A stretch of 64,000 nt of DNA from an uncultured Alphaproteobacteria bacterium (GTDB taxonomy: Bacteria > Pseudomonadota > Alphaproteobacteria > RF32 > CAG-239): positions 20,611 through 84,610 of the forward strand of contig CALYAX010000005.1 in assembly GCA_944393665.1 (NCBI GenBank), given 5' to 3'. The position numbers and the translations under genes were made by a program. The first letter of the stretch is position 1; each line of letters begins with the position of its first letter. Below, in pieces: positions 18,794 to 28,445 of this stretch. The notes beneath the pieces are model-generated. The model had not been told where the DNA came from. It ran no database searches and saw nothing but the letters and a program-made list of their open reading frames with translations.

Positions 18794-19144
18794 TTAATAT
18801 ACAATTCCTTGGTTTGTGATTATTTTCTTTTCAATGAGAATTGTTTCCAGGCTTTTGATTCCCGCCTCCCACAAGGCGATTTCGCTCCTTTTGGCCCGGC
18901 GGTCATAATAAGGCGGAAAATGCAGGCTGCCCCAATTATACATAACCCTCAGCTGGCGGTTGCTGATCTGACCGTTAAATTTAAGACGTTTAATAATTTT
19001 ATAAATATCACCCACTTCGCAGGGACGAGGTTTGCCCGCATAATCAGTCCTAGAGCGCAATCCGTCAGATCTGGCTTGCAAACAGGCACAGAACCAAAAC
19101 CAGACCTCTTCGGCATTTTCGAAAGGCTCATATCGTTCAATCAT
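18794..19144 (-). CDS. hypothetical protein (116 aa), divergently transcribed from the repressor (Cro/late-regulator position)
   Basis: Position only. Confidence 0.35.
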   Translation of the reverse strand: MIERYEPFENAEEVWFWFCACLQARSDGLRSRTDYAGKPRPCEVGDIYKIIKRLKFNGQISNRQLRVMYNWGSLHFPPYYDRRAKRSEIALWEAGIKSLETILIEKKIITNQGIVY

Positions 19145-19314
19145 TTAAGTTTTCTCCATAAAGTTCGCAACTTAACTATTTTTTAACAAATGAAAGTTAT
19201 ACATACAGTTGTAGGAATTTCAACATAAAAAAGAATTGATTCCTATTATTTTTTAGTTTATAATAACTGATAAAGCATAAAAATGCAGGCGCGGATTGCG
19301 TTAAAGGAGGAATT
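19145..19314. promoter_or_regulatory. Divergent promoter/operator region. Candidate -35 TTGATT 19236..19241 and -10 TATAAT 19259..19264 for the repressor gene; palindrome AAGTTCGCAACTT 19161..19173; 7-bp inverted repeat TAGGAAT..ATTCCTA 19212..19218/19239..19245 overlapping the -35.
   Basis: Read directly from the sequence. SD AGGAGG at 19305..19310 precedes ATG 19315. Confidence 0.4.
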
Positions 19315-19938
19315 ATGCAGTATGAACAAGTATGGAATGCTGTTGATAAGTTGGCCGAGAGCCAAGGACTTTCACCATCAGGCCTGGCCAAAAAGGCAGG
19401 CCTGGACGCGACTACCTTTAATAAAAGCAAAAGAATACGCCCCGACGGCAAAAAAAGATGGCCGTCTTTAGACAGCCTGAATAAAATTTTGGAAGTCAGC
19501 GGCCTTAATTTTGAACAATTTTATAATCTGGCCGAGTCAGACAATGACACGAAATTCACACCGTCCATTCCTTTCATCAAATGTTCGCAGCTTGACGGCA
19601 ATCTCGCTATTCAAGATAAAGAGTTTGTAACCTCAGACTGGACCCAGGTTCGTTTTCCTGACGGGCGCGACAAACTATACGCCATTGATATTGACAATAA
19701 TGATTTTATGCCCACCTACCGGCTCGGGACACTTTTGGTGGTGAGCAAAAATTCCGAAGTCCGCCGCGGCGACCGCCTGGTGATTATTGATCCCAAAGGC
19801 GGCATGACCATAAAGGAATTTATCCGCCGCACCGCTACCTCCCTGGAAGTAAAAGAGATCACTTCCCCCCATACCGAAAGTTCGATAGACTTGTGCGAAG
19901 TGCTGCTGGTCAACCGGATTGTCTGGGCCAGCCAATAG
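19315..19938 (+). CDS. CI/LexA-type repressor: N-terminal HTH plus C-terminal S24 peptidase-like domain
   Basis: 207 aa with an XRE-like HTH N-terminus and a C-terminal ...DNNDFMPTYRLGTLLVV...GGMTIKEF... resembling the S24 fold. Where GDSM is expected the sequence reads NDFM, so the catalytic Ser may be absent. Confidence 0.7.
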   Translation: MQYEQVWNAVDKLAESQGLSPSGLAKKAGLDATTFNKSKRIRPDGKKRWPSLDSLNKILEVSGLNFEQFYNLAESDNDTKFTPSIPFIKCSQLDGNLAIQDKEFVTSDWTQVRFPDGRDKLYAIDIDNNDFMPTYRLGTLLVVSKNSEVRRGDRLVIIDPKGGMTIKEFIRRTATSLEVKEITSPHTESSIDLCEVLLVNRIVWASQ

Positions 19939-19946
19939 GTGAAATT

Positions 19947-20192
19947 ATGCCGCAGTTACCGATATATGATCTTGCTGATGCTTCGCTGCTTGAAACCGCT
20001 GAAAATCGTTTTGACGTTTTGCCGCTGCAGATGAAATTGCTTTCGGACAATGATCGTTTTTGTCTGGCACAAACCTTAAATCTGGCGCGCCAGCGGCAAA
20101 AACGGCGCCCTCTTCCGGCTTATCTGGAGCAAGAACTGCGCTGCAGCCGCAACTGGGCTGCCGAAAGGCACGAAAAAATGAAAAGGATTTAA
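19947..20192 (+). CDS. hypothetical protein (approx. 82 aa; ORF track gives 19893 but that start lies inside the repressor gene)
   Basis: ATG 19947 is preceded by GGTGAA immediately after the repressor stop. Confidence 0.3.
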   Translation: MPQLPIYDLADASLLETAENRFDVLPLQMKLLSDNDRFCLAQTLNLARQRQKRRPLPAYLEQELRCSRNWAAERHEKMKRI

Positions 20193-20677
20193 TAAAACTG
20201 CTGGGTTGAAATCATTTTTTCTATCTGGTGCAAAGCCGTCAGCGGCGAAGCGGAAAAATCGATTTTGGTTCCATTGACCGCCGTACAGAAACTGCCGCCG
20301 CTGTCATAATGGCAGTAGGGCGTGGTAAACCATTTGACATAAACCGAGCTGTCGTCAATGTGGACATTAATGCCGTTGACTGCGCAATATTCGGCTTTTG
20401 CCGTGTCCCACAATTTATCGGGAATTTTGTACTCGCCGTTTTCAAAATATTTAACATCACCATGGGCATCATAATAATCCAGAATGGCAAAAATTTCGGT
20501 ATACGCCACGCCCCATTGCTCCAATTTCTGCCTGACCAGTTCACAGGGACCACCGGTAATGACATGAATCTCGTAGCCTTTGCGCACTGCTGCACGGGTA
20601 AAACGGGCAAAATATTCTGGCCGGTCGTTAATAACACCGTGAAAGTCCAATCCGATTTTAAGGCCTCTAACGGTCAT
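20189..20677 (-). CDS. hypothetical protein, possibly HAD-like hydrolase (162 aa)
   Basis: N-terminal LDFHGVIND resembles HAD motif I but with His in place of the second Asp. Weak call. Confidence 0.3.
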   Translation of the reverse strand: MTVRGLKIGLDFHGVINDRPEYFARFTRAAVRKGYEIHVITGGPCELVRQKLEQWGVAYTEIFAILDYYDAHGDVKYFENGEYKIPDKLWDTAKAEYCAVNGINVHIDDSSVYVKWFTTPYCHYDSGGSFCTAVNGTKIDFSASPLTALHQIEKMISTQQFY

Positions 20678-23600
20678 TGCGGCTCCCGAACAAGTTAGAA
20701 AACATTTCCTTCAGCGAATTAGGGCTAAGGGCAGACAACGGATTAATGCTGATTTTCGGATCATCCAAAAAGCCGGTAATCGAATAATTAGCAGCGAATA
20801 CGGTTCCGTCTTTGCCGCTGAGCAAACTTCCGACCAGAGGTATCGAACCGATAAAAGTGTTAAGACCGTATGCCGGCGCAATCAGCCCGCGGATATTAAA
20901 TTCCTGAAAACGGGTGGAATAAGTGCCGGAAGCGCTGATGCCCATGACATTGCCAAAAGCTTTGGCGTCAGTTATACGCAGGGTTTTATACTGATATTCA
21001 AAAGGCGCGTCAAAGTGTGAAAAAGCAATGCCCTCCCCGCTTAAAATATTGAGCAGCCCGGTAAAAGATGCCACTGTCAGCAACCGGGCCAAAACCGGGG
21101 TGTTATATAAATTAAAATCACGGATTTTGGCATGGCCGACAAATTTCTTATCCTGAGTGCGGCGCGCATTAATATTCAGAGTTCCGCCGCGCATATCATC
21201 ATACAGGCGCAAAAACTTAAGGGTTGAGCCGGCATCGCTGCTTTCTATCGTAAGCAGATATTCCTTGTTACCCCGGGGAACATAGTCCAGCTTGAGCCGG
21301 GCGGGTGCTTCCCTACGGCGGCTGGAAGCAAAAGAACCGACCAGGTGCATTTCTTCCACACCGATACCGCGGCGGAGTTTGACATTGCCGGCAAAATTGC
21401 GGATAGCCACATTTTCATTGGTCCAAAGGTTATTCACGGCAATATTAATATCCGTGTTACTGACCTTTTCGAGTTCGTCTTCTTCCGAGGTATCGACATA
21501 TCGGGCGTTTTGCAGTTTGAGACGCCGCTTTTGTCTGGCCTGCAAAGTTTTGGTTTCATCTTTGGTAAACAGATCCGACAAATTATAACTTTCCCCGGAA
21601 ACGGTAATCTTAATTTTATCAGATTTGGTATCGCTGAAATCCAATATGGCCCGCGCCGAGGTTTTGGGACCGGAAATTTTGCTGATATCGACAGTTTTGA
21701 CCGCGCCCTGAGGATTAAAGCTAACCTTGCCGTTGAGGTTAAATCCGGGTTTGGAGAGGCTGAATTTGGGGATCGAAACGATTTGGTTGTTTTTCAGATC
21801 CAACTGCGCGCTGATGGTGCCGGGGGTTCCGGAATTTTTCTTAAAACCAAGGAAAGAATAATCGATTTCCGCGGTACGCAGATCACCCTTAACATCAATC
21901 ACCATCTTATCTTTATCGTAAACCGTAACCACCGCTTCCGTCGGCAGCGATCCCATAATATACGGGGCGCTGAGCGCCTTAAAGTCTATTCCCATTTTAG
22001 ATTTGAGATTACTGTCAAAATTAAAGTTCAGCTGGTAGCGGCTCTGATAATTTTTATCCGTAAAATTCTCATTCCATAACAAACTGATGGGAATTCCCTC
22101 AAAACTGGTTACCCCGGTTACCAGAAGCCCCTCGTTGGTCACTTCAAGATCGAGTTTTTTGGCTTCGATGGCTTTTCCGGCAACCGCATCGGGAATAGTC
22201 ACATCCGAGATAACCGACAAGACTTTGACCTTTACTTCATCGGGAGCCAGATTTTTCTTGAGTTCAAAAGCCAAATCCAAAGTCGTTTCGGCAGTTCCTT
22301 TTATCTGGCCGGGTGAAAGCCCCATATCGGAGGTGTAATTCAGCGGGTCATGGTCAATCAATTTCAAAACATCGCTGACCGACCCTACGGCACTAAGGCT
22401 GATTTTGGCAAAATTATCATATTTATTAAGATCATAGAGTTCGACATACCCATTGTTGAGAATGACATCGTCAGAAACACCTTTGTCAAGACGCATGATG
22501 ATTTTATCATTGCTGAATTCGGCGGTGCCATAAATATTGGTTATCCGGGGCATTCCGGTCAGATAATCAATACTGGAATCGGCTACGCCCGCGGTTCCCC
22601 GCAATTTCTGAAAACCAAATTTTTTGGCAGCCTTATCATAACCAAAATTAAAAGTGAAATGCGCATCGGTAAAAATGCCGTCAAACAAACTTTCTTTGCA
22701 CCATTTCCAGGCATCGGGCGCAATATAGCGGGGCCAGTATTTATAAAGATCGTTTACCTGAATTTTGGGAAGCATGGCCGAAAGCGTTAACTTGAGCCGG
22801 CGCGGCGAAGACTTGAGAAGATAATCTTTCATGCCGCTGGCCTCAACACCCCAGACAGCTTTCTGACCGCCGATATTCAGGGTGGCATCGCTGACCTTAA
22901 TTTTATCTAATCCGCCGGTTAGTTCGCCTTTAACCAACAGCGAACTGACAGGATAATTATAGGCCGTATCATCGGAGAACGCGATTTCGCCATGTCCGCC
23001 TTCCAGCTCAAAGTTAACTTTTTCAATAGCGGTATCCAGACTGCCGATCAGGTCAGCCTTATTTTTTATCACTTCATCAATATTTACCAAAGCTTCAACT
23101 TTGCCGTTCAAAGGAACGTTTATTTTATAAAGCTCCTGGTTTTGCTTGCCGGAAGTCAGCAAATCAACCAAGTTGGCGGGGATAATGTCTGAAAAATAAA
23201 ATTGCAGGGCTACTTTATTAACCAAAGGGCGGTAGACGGCTTCCACGCCGACCGATGCCGGAACATCATTAAATTTCAACAAGGCATTGATTTCGGTTTC
23301 AAGGCTGGTCAGATTGCGGTCAAAACGGTAATTCACATCGGAAAGCACCCACTTATGCCCCAAATCGACCTCATGGAATTCCACCTCGGCGTTTACAATA
23401 TCAATATCATTGATATAGCTTTCCGGATAAGATTTATCATCAGAATTAAACCGCTCCACAAAATCCTGCATTCCCTCAAAATAATACTCAAGCTTTTTCT
23501 GGTTAACCTCTTCTTTTTTATTTTCGTCAATGCCATAAGTGGTGAAAAGATAGACTGTCGGCTTAATAACCTCAATCGAGCTCGGCGCAATCACCCCGCG

Positions 23601-23927
23601 CAACAGCGCCTTAATACTGAACGAAACCGAGGTTTTTGGCGCATTGATGACAATTTCGTCATTGTTTTTGCGATAAACAACATTATTTGCGATGATCCGC
23701 AGCGGTTTAATCGAACGGACCAGTTCAAGGTTAACCGACTCTACCGTCACGGTATAATCGGTATCGTCATGATTCAGGGCTTTGATGATGTAGGGCTTCA
23801 AAAAAGGCATGGCAATAGGGCCGCGGTAGAGCTGCCAAAGAAACAGCAGCAGCAGCGCGAGGGCCATAACGCCGATAAAATCTCCCAGCTTGCGAAGCCG
23901 ATATGTTTTATCATCAAGCTTTTTCAT
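20667..23927 (-). CDS. AsmA-family outer-membrane biogenesis protein (1086 aa)
   Basis: N-terminal TM anchor and a very long beta-rich periplasmic region, with AsmA/TamB-like composition. Confidence 0.6.
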   Translation of the reverse strand: MKKLDDKTYRLRKLGDFIGVMALALLLLFLWQLYRGPIAMPFLKPYIIKALNHDDTDYTVTVESVNLELVRSIKPLRIIANNVVYRKNNDEIVINAPKTSVSFSIKALLRGVIAPSSIEVIKPTVYLFTTYGIDENKKEEVNQKKLEYYFEGMQDFVERFNSDDKSYPESYINDIDIVNAEVEFHEVDLGHKWVLSDVNYRFDRNLTSLETEINALLKFNDVPASVGVEAVYRPLVNKVALQFYFSDIIPANLVDLLTSGKQNQELYKINVPLNGKVEALVNIDEVIKNKADLIGSLDTAIEKVNFELEGGHGEIAFSDDTAYNYPVSSLLVKGELTGGLDKIKVSDATLNIGGQKAVWGVEASGMKDYLLKSSPRRLKLTLSAMLPKIQVNDLYKYWPRYIAPDAWKWCKESLFDGIFTDAHFTFNFGYDKAAKKFGFQKLRGTAGVADSSIDYLTGMPRITNIYGTAEFSNDKIIMRLDKGVSDDVILNNGYVELYDLNKYDNFAKISLSAVGSVSDVLKLIDHDPLNYTSDMGLSPGQIKGTAETTLDLAFELKKNLAPDEVKVKVLSVISDVTIPDAVAGKAIEAKKLDLEVTNEGLLVTGVTSFEGIPISLLWNENFTDKNYQSRYQLNFNFDSNLKSKMGIDFKALSAPYIMGSLPTEAVVTVYDKDKMVIDVKGDLRTAEIDYSFLGFKKNSGTPGTISAQLDLKNNQIVSIPKFSLSKPGFNLNGKVSFNPQGAVKTVDISKISGPKTSARAILDFSDTKSDKIKITVSGESYNLSDLFTKDETKTLQARQKRRLKLQNARYVDTSEEDELEKVSNTDINIAVNNLWTNENVAIRNFAGNVKLRRGIGVEEMHLVGSFASSRRREAPARLKLDYVPRGNKEYLLTIESSDAGSTLKFLRLYDDMRGGTLNINARRTQDKKFVGHAKIRDFNLYNTPVLARLLTVASFTGLLNILSGEGIAFSHFDAPFEYQYKTLRITDAKAFGNVMGISASGTYSTRFQEFNIRGLIAPAYGLNTFIGSIPLVGSLLSGKDGTVFAANYSITGFLDDPKISINPLSALSPNSLKEMFSNLFGSRNDR

Positions 23928-24760
23928 TACTTTTTCAGCCAGTTTAAGATATCATTATAATTGGCATGGGCGTATAAATCGTTATGCCCGGCATCGTAAT
24001 AGACAATCATCTCCCGCGGCTCGGCAGCATGGGCATAGAGCCGGCGGGCATGACTGACCGGAACCAGCGTATCGTTTTGCGCCGCCATGACCAATAAAGA
24101 AGTATTTACTTCCGCAATTTTGGCAAGGTTATCATAACGGTCATGTATCAGCCAGCTTAACGGCAGCGGAAACCAGACATGGCCGGCGGCAACATTATAA
24201 AGACTGTCAAAAGGCACTTCCAGAATCAGCCCGGCAAAAGGCTGCTGTTGTCCCAATGCCGCAGCGGTATGAACTGCCAGGTTTGAGCCCAGCGACATTC
24301 CGTAAAGGACAATCCGGTCATTAGAATAACCTAATTTGTGCAGATAATCGACCGCCTTCAAAGCATCAGCCGTCAGATTTGCTTCGGTAATTTTGCCAGG
24401 CTGACCGCCAAAGCCGCGAAATTCGGGCAAAAAAACACCGTAACCGGCCTGTGCCAGCGGCTGCAGTTTGTGATAAAAACTTTCAATATTATGAGAATTG
24501 CCATGGAAAAAAAGGATAATTTTACCGTCGTCAGCCGCCGGTTTGGTATACCATGCGGGAAGTTTCTGGCCGTTATCAGCAAAATATTTGACTTCTTCGG
24601 CCTGATAACCTTTTAAAACGGCCTGTTCAAGCCGCGGCACCTCCTGCGAAGGATTATAAAAAAACCACTGCGGTCGGAAGTAGACAATACCGCAAAAAAC
24701 CAAATACAAAACCAAAAATGCTGTGGCGCTGTGCCACAAACAACGCTGTTGTTTAGTCAT
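23927..24760 (-). CDS. alpha/beta hydrolase with N-terminal membrane anchor (277 aa)
   Basis: GMSLG nucleophile elbow with later Asp and His. Confidence 0.65.
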   Translation of the reverse strand: MTKQQRCLWHSATAFLVLYLVFCGIVYFRPQWFFYNPSQEVPRLEQAVLKGYQAEEVKYFADNGQKLPAWYTKPAADDGKIILFFHGNSHNIESFYHKLQPLAQAGYGVFLPEFRGFGGQPGKITEANLTADALKAVDYLHKLGYSNDRIVLYGMSLGSNLAVHTAAALGQQQPFAGLILEVPFDSLYNVAAGHVWFPLPLSWLIHDRYDNLAKIAEVNTSLLVMAAQNDTLVPVSHARRLYAHAAEPREMIVYYDAGHNDLYAHANYNDILNWLKK

Positions 24761-25860
24761 GATTACCTACCTTATCGGCCAGAGAAGCACTTAAAAATAG
24801 ATCAATATCGCCGTCAAGGACGCCACGGGTATCAGATGTTTCAACATCTGTGCGCAGATCCTTAACCATTTTATAGGGCTGCAGCACATAAGAGCGGATT
24901 TGAAAGCCCCAGCCGATGTCGCCCTGGGCATCGCGCGCCGCTTCTGCCGCGTCTTCACGTTTTTTGAGTTCCTGTTCATATAAACGGGCTTTAAGCATTT
25001 TCCACGCGGCATCGCGGTTTTGAAACTGTGACCGCTGGTTTTGGCATTGAACGACAATCCCGGTGGGCAAATGGGTAATCCGCACAGCCGAATCCGTTTT
25101 ATTGATATGCTGGCCGCCGGCACCCGAGGCGCGGTAAGTATCAACCCGGCAGTCTGCCTCATTAATCTCAATCTGAATTTCATCGTTGACAACCGGATAA
25201 ACCCCGACGGAAGCAAAACTGGTATGACGGCGGGCGTTGCTGTCAAAAGGCGAAATTCTAACCAAACGGTGGACGCCGCTTTCCGACTTGAGCCAGCCGT
25301 AAGCATTGCGGCCGGAAATTTTAACCGTGGCCGATTTCAGCCCGGCCACTTCGCCTTCGGTTTCTTCAACATATTCTACTTTATACTGATGCGCTTCAGC
25401 CCAGCGGGTGTACATGCGGAGCAGCATTTCCGCCCAGTCCTGGGCCTCGGTACCGCCGGAACCGGCATGAACCTCCAGGAAAGCATCATTGGCATCAACC
25501 TCCCCGCAAAGCAGGGCCTCAAGCTCGGCATGTTTTACTTCGGCCTGCAAAACCTCCAACTGGCTGATGACGTCCGTGATCATCGCCTCATCATTTTCGG
25601 CTTCGGCCAATTCGGAAAGTTCTGCCAAAGTATCCAGGGAAGAAGTAAAATTATCAAACCCGGTCAAATTGAATTCAAGATTATTCTTTTCGGTCATCAG
25701 TTTTTGAGCCTGAGCCGGATTATCCCATAACGCGCCGTCAGCGGTCAAATGGTTCAGTTCGTCAAGGCGGATAACGGCATTGTCATAGTCAAAGCGACCT
25801 CCTCAGCAGTTCTAAAGACTGCTTGACAGAATTGACGATTTCATAAATTTCTGCACGCAT
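24753..25860 (-). CDS. prfB: peptide chain release factor 2, expressed through a programmed +1 ribosomal frameshift
   Basis: Frame 0 runs ATG 25860 ... CTT TGA (25789..25791). After a +1 shift the downstream frame continues as DYDNAVIRLDELNHLTADGALWDNP..., with SPF and GGQ motifs present. Confidence 0.9.
25783..25803 (-). promoter_or_regulatory. prfB autoregulatory frameshift site: AGGAGG - 3 nt - CTT TGA C
   Basis: Minus-strand sequence CTGAGGAGGTCGCTTTGACTATGAC. It matches the canonical RF2 shifty stop with an internal SD. Confidence 0.85.
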
Positions 25861-25872
25861 TTAATTTTTTCC

Positions 25873-28335
25873 TTAATACTGGGTTCCCAGCTGGAAGCTG
25901 TCCCCTTCGCTGTTATCAAACCCGCGGCTGTTCTCAGGCGCGGTATCATTTTCCTGCCCGGCTGTCCCGATCACCCGCTGGTGAGCTTTGTCAAAGTTAA
26001 ATTCCGGTTTTAGCGCCTCGGTAATCACCGATTTATCGGACGGCTGCGCCGGGCGGCCGGTATCATGATTTATCCGCACCAATTTAATGCCGGCGGGAAT
26101 CCGGAACGGAATATCCGGCTGGTTAGCCAAAGCCTGTTTCATAAAATTATAGAAAACCGGCAATGCCGAACCGGCACCGGTTTCGTACCGCCCCAAAGTC
26201 CGGGGCTCATCAAAACCGACATAAACGGCAACAACCAGATCCGGAGAAAATCCGACAAACCAGGCGTCCTGATTTTGATTGGTCGTTCCGGTCTTGCCGG
26301 CCAGGTGATGACCCAAAGTGCGCAGCCGGGCAGCCGTTCCGCGCTGGGCCACACCTTCAAGAATGCTTACCATCTGATAGGCGCTTAACGGATCAATGAC
26401 CTGTTCCCGGTTATCACTAAGCTGCGGAATCGGCTGATCTGTCCAGCTGTCGGCCGAACAATTTTCGCAGACGCGTTTATCGTGGCGGTAAATCGTTTTG
26501 CCGTTGCGATCCTGAATACGCTCAATAAAATAGGGATCGGCGCGTTTGCCGCCGTTGACAATCATTGCATAGGCCGAGGCCATGTTAATGACACGGGTTT
26601 CCCCGGCTCCCAAAGACATCGACAACAGCTGCGGCAAATGGTCATTAACGCCCATCTTTTTAGCATAAGCGGCCACTTTGTCCATGCCGACATCCTGAGC
26701 CAGACGGACTGTCATAAGGTTACGCGATTTTTCAATTCCCTGGCGCAAGGTCATCAGGCCGTAAAAACGTTTGGAATAGTTAACCGGTTTCCATTTCGGC
26801 AGCCCCGGCCCCTGATCAAGAACAAAAGGCGCGTCAAGAATCAAATCCGTGGGTGAATAGCCGTTGTCAAGCGCAGCCAGATAAACGACAGGCTTGAAAG
26901 CCGAACCGGTTTGGCGCAGAGCCTGAGTGGCGCGGTTAAACTGCGACCGGCCGAACGAATAGCCCCCGACCATAGCCAAAACTTTGCCGGTATGGGGATC
27001 AAGCGCAATCAATCCGCCTTCGACATTGGGAATCTGACGCAGATAATAGCTGTCTTCCGCCAGTTTCTTGGCAGCGGCGGTTTTAGCCGGAATTTTCTCT
27101 ACCAGGATTACATCGCCTTTGGCCAAAACATCGGTTACTTTCGACGGCTGGCCGCCGACACTCTGTTTTTTTAGATTTTTGCGAGCCCAGCTTAAAACGG
27201 AAAGCGGAATCTGCCCCTTATTTCCCTCCGCGGTTTCTATCAGGGCGCGCCCGGCATTAACATCTAAAACCACCGCTTTGCCCCAGGCGGGTTCTTTTCC
27301 CGCGGGAGTTTGAATTTCAGCCAGAGCGGCCTGATAATCTTCTGTCAGCGGAATATTGGCAAGCGGGCCGCGCCAGCCGTGACGGAGATCATAATTCTGA
27401 ATTTCTTCCCGGAAGACATCGGTGGCGATTTGCTGTAACTTGGGGTTAAGCGTGGTCCGGATTAACAGGCCGCCCTTATAAAGAGCCTCTTCACCAAATT
27501 TATTTTTGACCTCGCGGCGGACTTCTTCGCTGAAATATTCCGCCGATTTGACAAACTCTCCGCGGCGTTCCAGCGTAACCAGCGGTTTGGCTTTGGCCTC
27601 TTCGGCCTCTTCCGGTGAAATAAAACTTTCTTCAACCATACGGTCCAAAACCCAGTTGCGGCGTCCGACCGCAGCCTCATAATGCCGTTTGGGATTATAA
27701 TTATTCGGTCCCTTAGGCAAAGCCGCCAAATAAGCAATTTCTTCCAGCGAAAGATCATCCAGCGATTTGCCGAAATAATTCAGCGCCGCCGCGGCCACAC
27801 CATATGAGCGGTTGCCAAGATAAATTTCATTCAGGTAAAGTTCCAAAATATGCTGTTTGCTGAAAGCCTGTTCAATCCGGGTTGCCAGAACCGCCTCTTT
27901 GATTTTACGGATGATCGACAGCTCCGGCGTCAGCAAAAAGTTTTTGGCCACCTGCTGGGTGATGGTGGAAGCTCCGGCAGGACGGCGTCCGGAACCGATA
28001 TTTTTCAGGTTGCCGACAAAAGCGCGGGCAATTCCCACCGGGTCGACCCCGAAATGGTGGTAAAAATTCTTGTCCTCCGCAGCGATAAACGCGTTTTTAA
28101 CCCTTTCGGGAATTTTATCTTCAGGCACGAAAATACGTTTTTCATCGGCATATTCCATCATCAGCTGGCCGTCGCCGGCATACAGCCGGGTAGTGACCGG
28201 CGGCTCATATTTGGCCAGCTGGGAAAAGTCCGGCAGCTCGGAGGACAGTTTCCACAAAGAAGTAATCAGCACGACAAGACCGATGACGGCAAAAAAGAAA
28301 AAAGTACTGAGCAAAGAGGACAGGGTTTTAAACAT
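25873..28335 (-). CDS. mrcA: penicillin-binding protein 1A (bifunctional transglycosylase/transpeptidase)
   Basis: 820 aa with N-terminal TM, GT51 motifs (EDKNFYHH, RRPAGASTITQQ) and transpeptidase SxxK/SxN/KTG. Confidence 0.9.
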   Translation of the reverse strand: MFKTLSSLLSTFFFFAVIGLVVLITSLWKLSSELPDFSQLAKYEPPVTTRLYAGDGQLMMEYADEKRIFVPEDKIPERVKNAFIAAEDKNFYHHFGVDPVGIARAFVGNLKNIGSGRRPAGASTITQQVAKNFLLTPELSIIRKIKEAVLATRIEQAFSKQHILELYLNEIYLGNRSYGVAAAALNYFGKSLDDLSLEEIAYLAALPKGPNNYNPKRHYEAAVGRRNWVLDRMVEESFISPEEAEEAKAKPLVTLERRGEFVKSAEYFSEEVRREVKNKFGEEALYKGGLLIRTTLNPKLQQIATDVFREEIQNYDLRHGWRGPLANIPLTEDYQAALAEIQTPAGKEPAWGKAVVLDVNAGRALIETAEGNKGQIPLSVLSWARKNLKKQSVGGQPSKVTDVLAKGDVILVEKIPAKTAAAKKLAEDSYYLRQIPNVEGGLIALDPHTGKVLAMVGGYSFGRSQFNRATQALRQTGSAFKPVVYLAALDNGYSPTDLILDAPFVLDQGPGLPKWKPVNYSKRFYGLMTLRQGIEKSRNLMTVRLAQDVGMDKVAAYAKKMGVNDHLPQLLSMSLGAGETRVINMASAYAMIVNGGKRADPYFIERIQDRNGKTIYRHDKRVCENCSADSWTDQPIPQLSDNREQVIDPLSAYQMVSILEGVAQRGTAARLRTLGHHLAGKTGTTNQNQDAWFVGFSPDLVVAVYVGFDEPRTLGRYETGAGSALPVFYNFMKQALANQPDIPFRIPAGIKLVRINHDTGRPAQPSDKSVITEALKPEFNFDKAHQRVIGTAGQENDTAPENSRGFDNSEGDSFQLGTQY

Positions 28336-28445
28336 GCAAAAATCCGCGAATTTATTTTGAAAACAAACTTATGTGCAATTTAATACAAAATATTTTAAAA
28401 GCAAAAACATTTTGGCTTTTGCCGGCAATTTTTAACGAAAAAATT

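Noticed and set aside
19893-19946. ORF-track start at 19893 for the gene after the repressor
   Set aside because: That start lies inside the repressor coding sequence in another frame. ATG 19947 immediately follows the repressor stop and has a purine-rich SD.
7989-20700. Integrase, excisionase, attL/attR or tRNA integration site for the phage-like region
   Set aside because: No tyrosine or serine recombinase signature, no tRNA, and no flanking direct repeats were found by eye. The element is therefore treated as a non-integrative remnant or domesticated cluster, not a bounded prophage.
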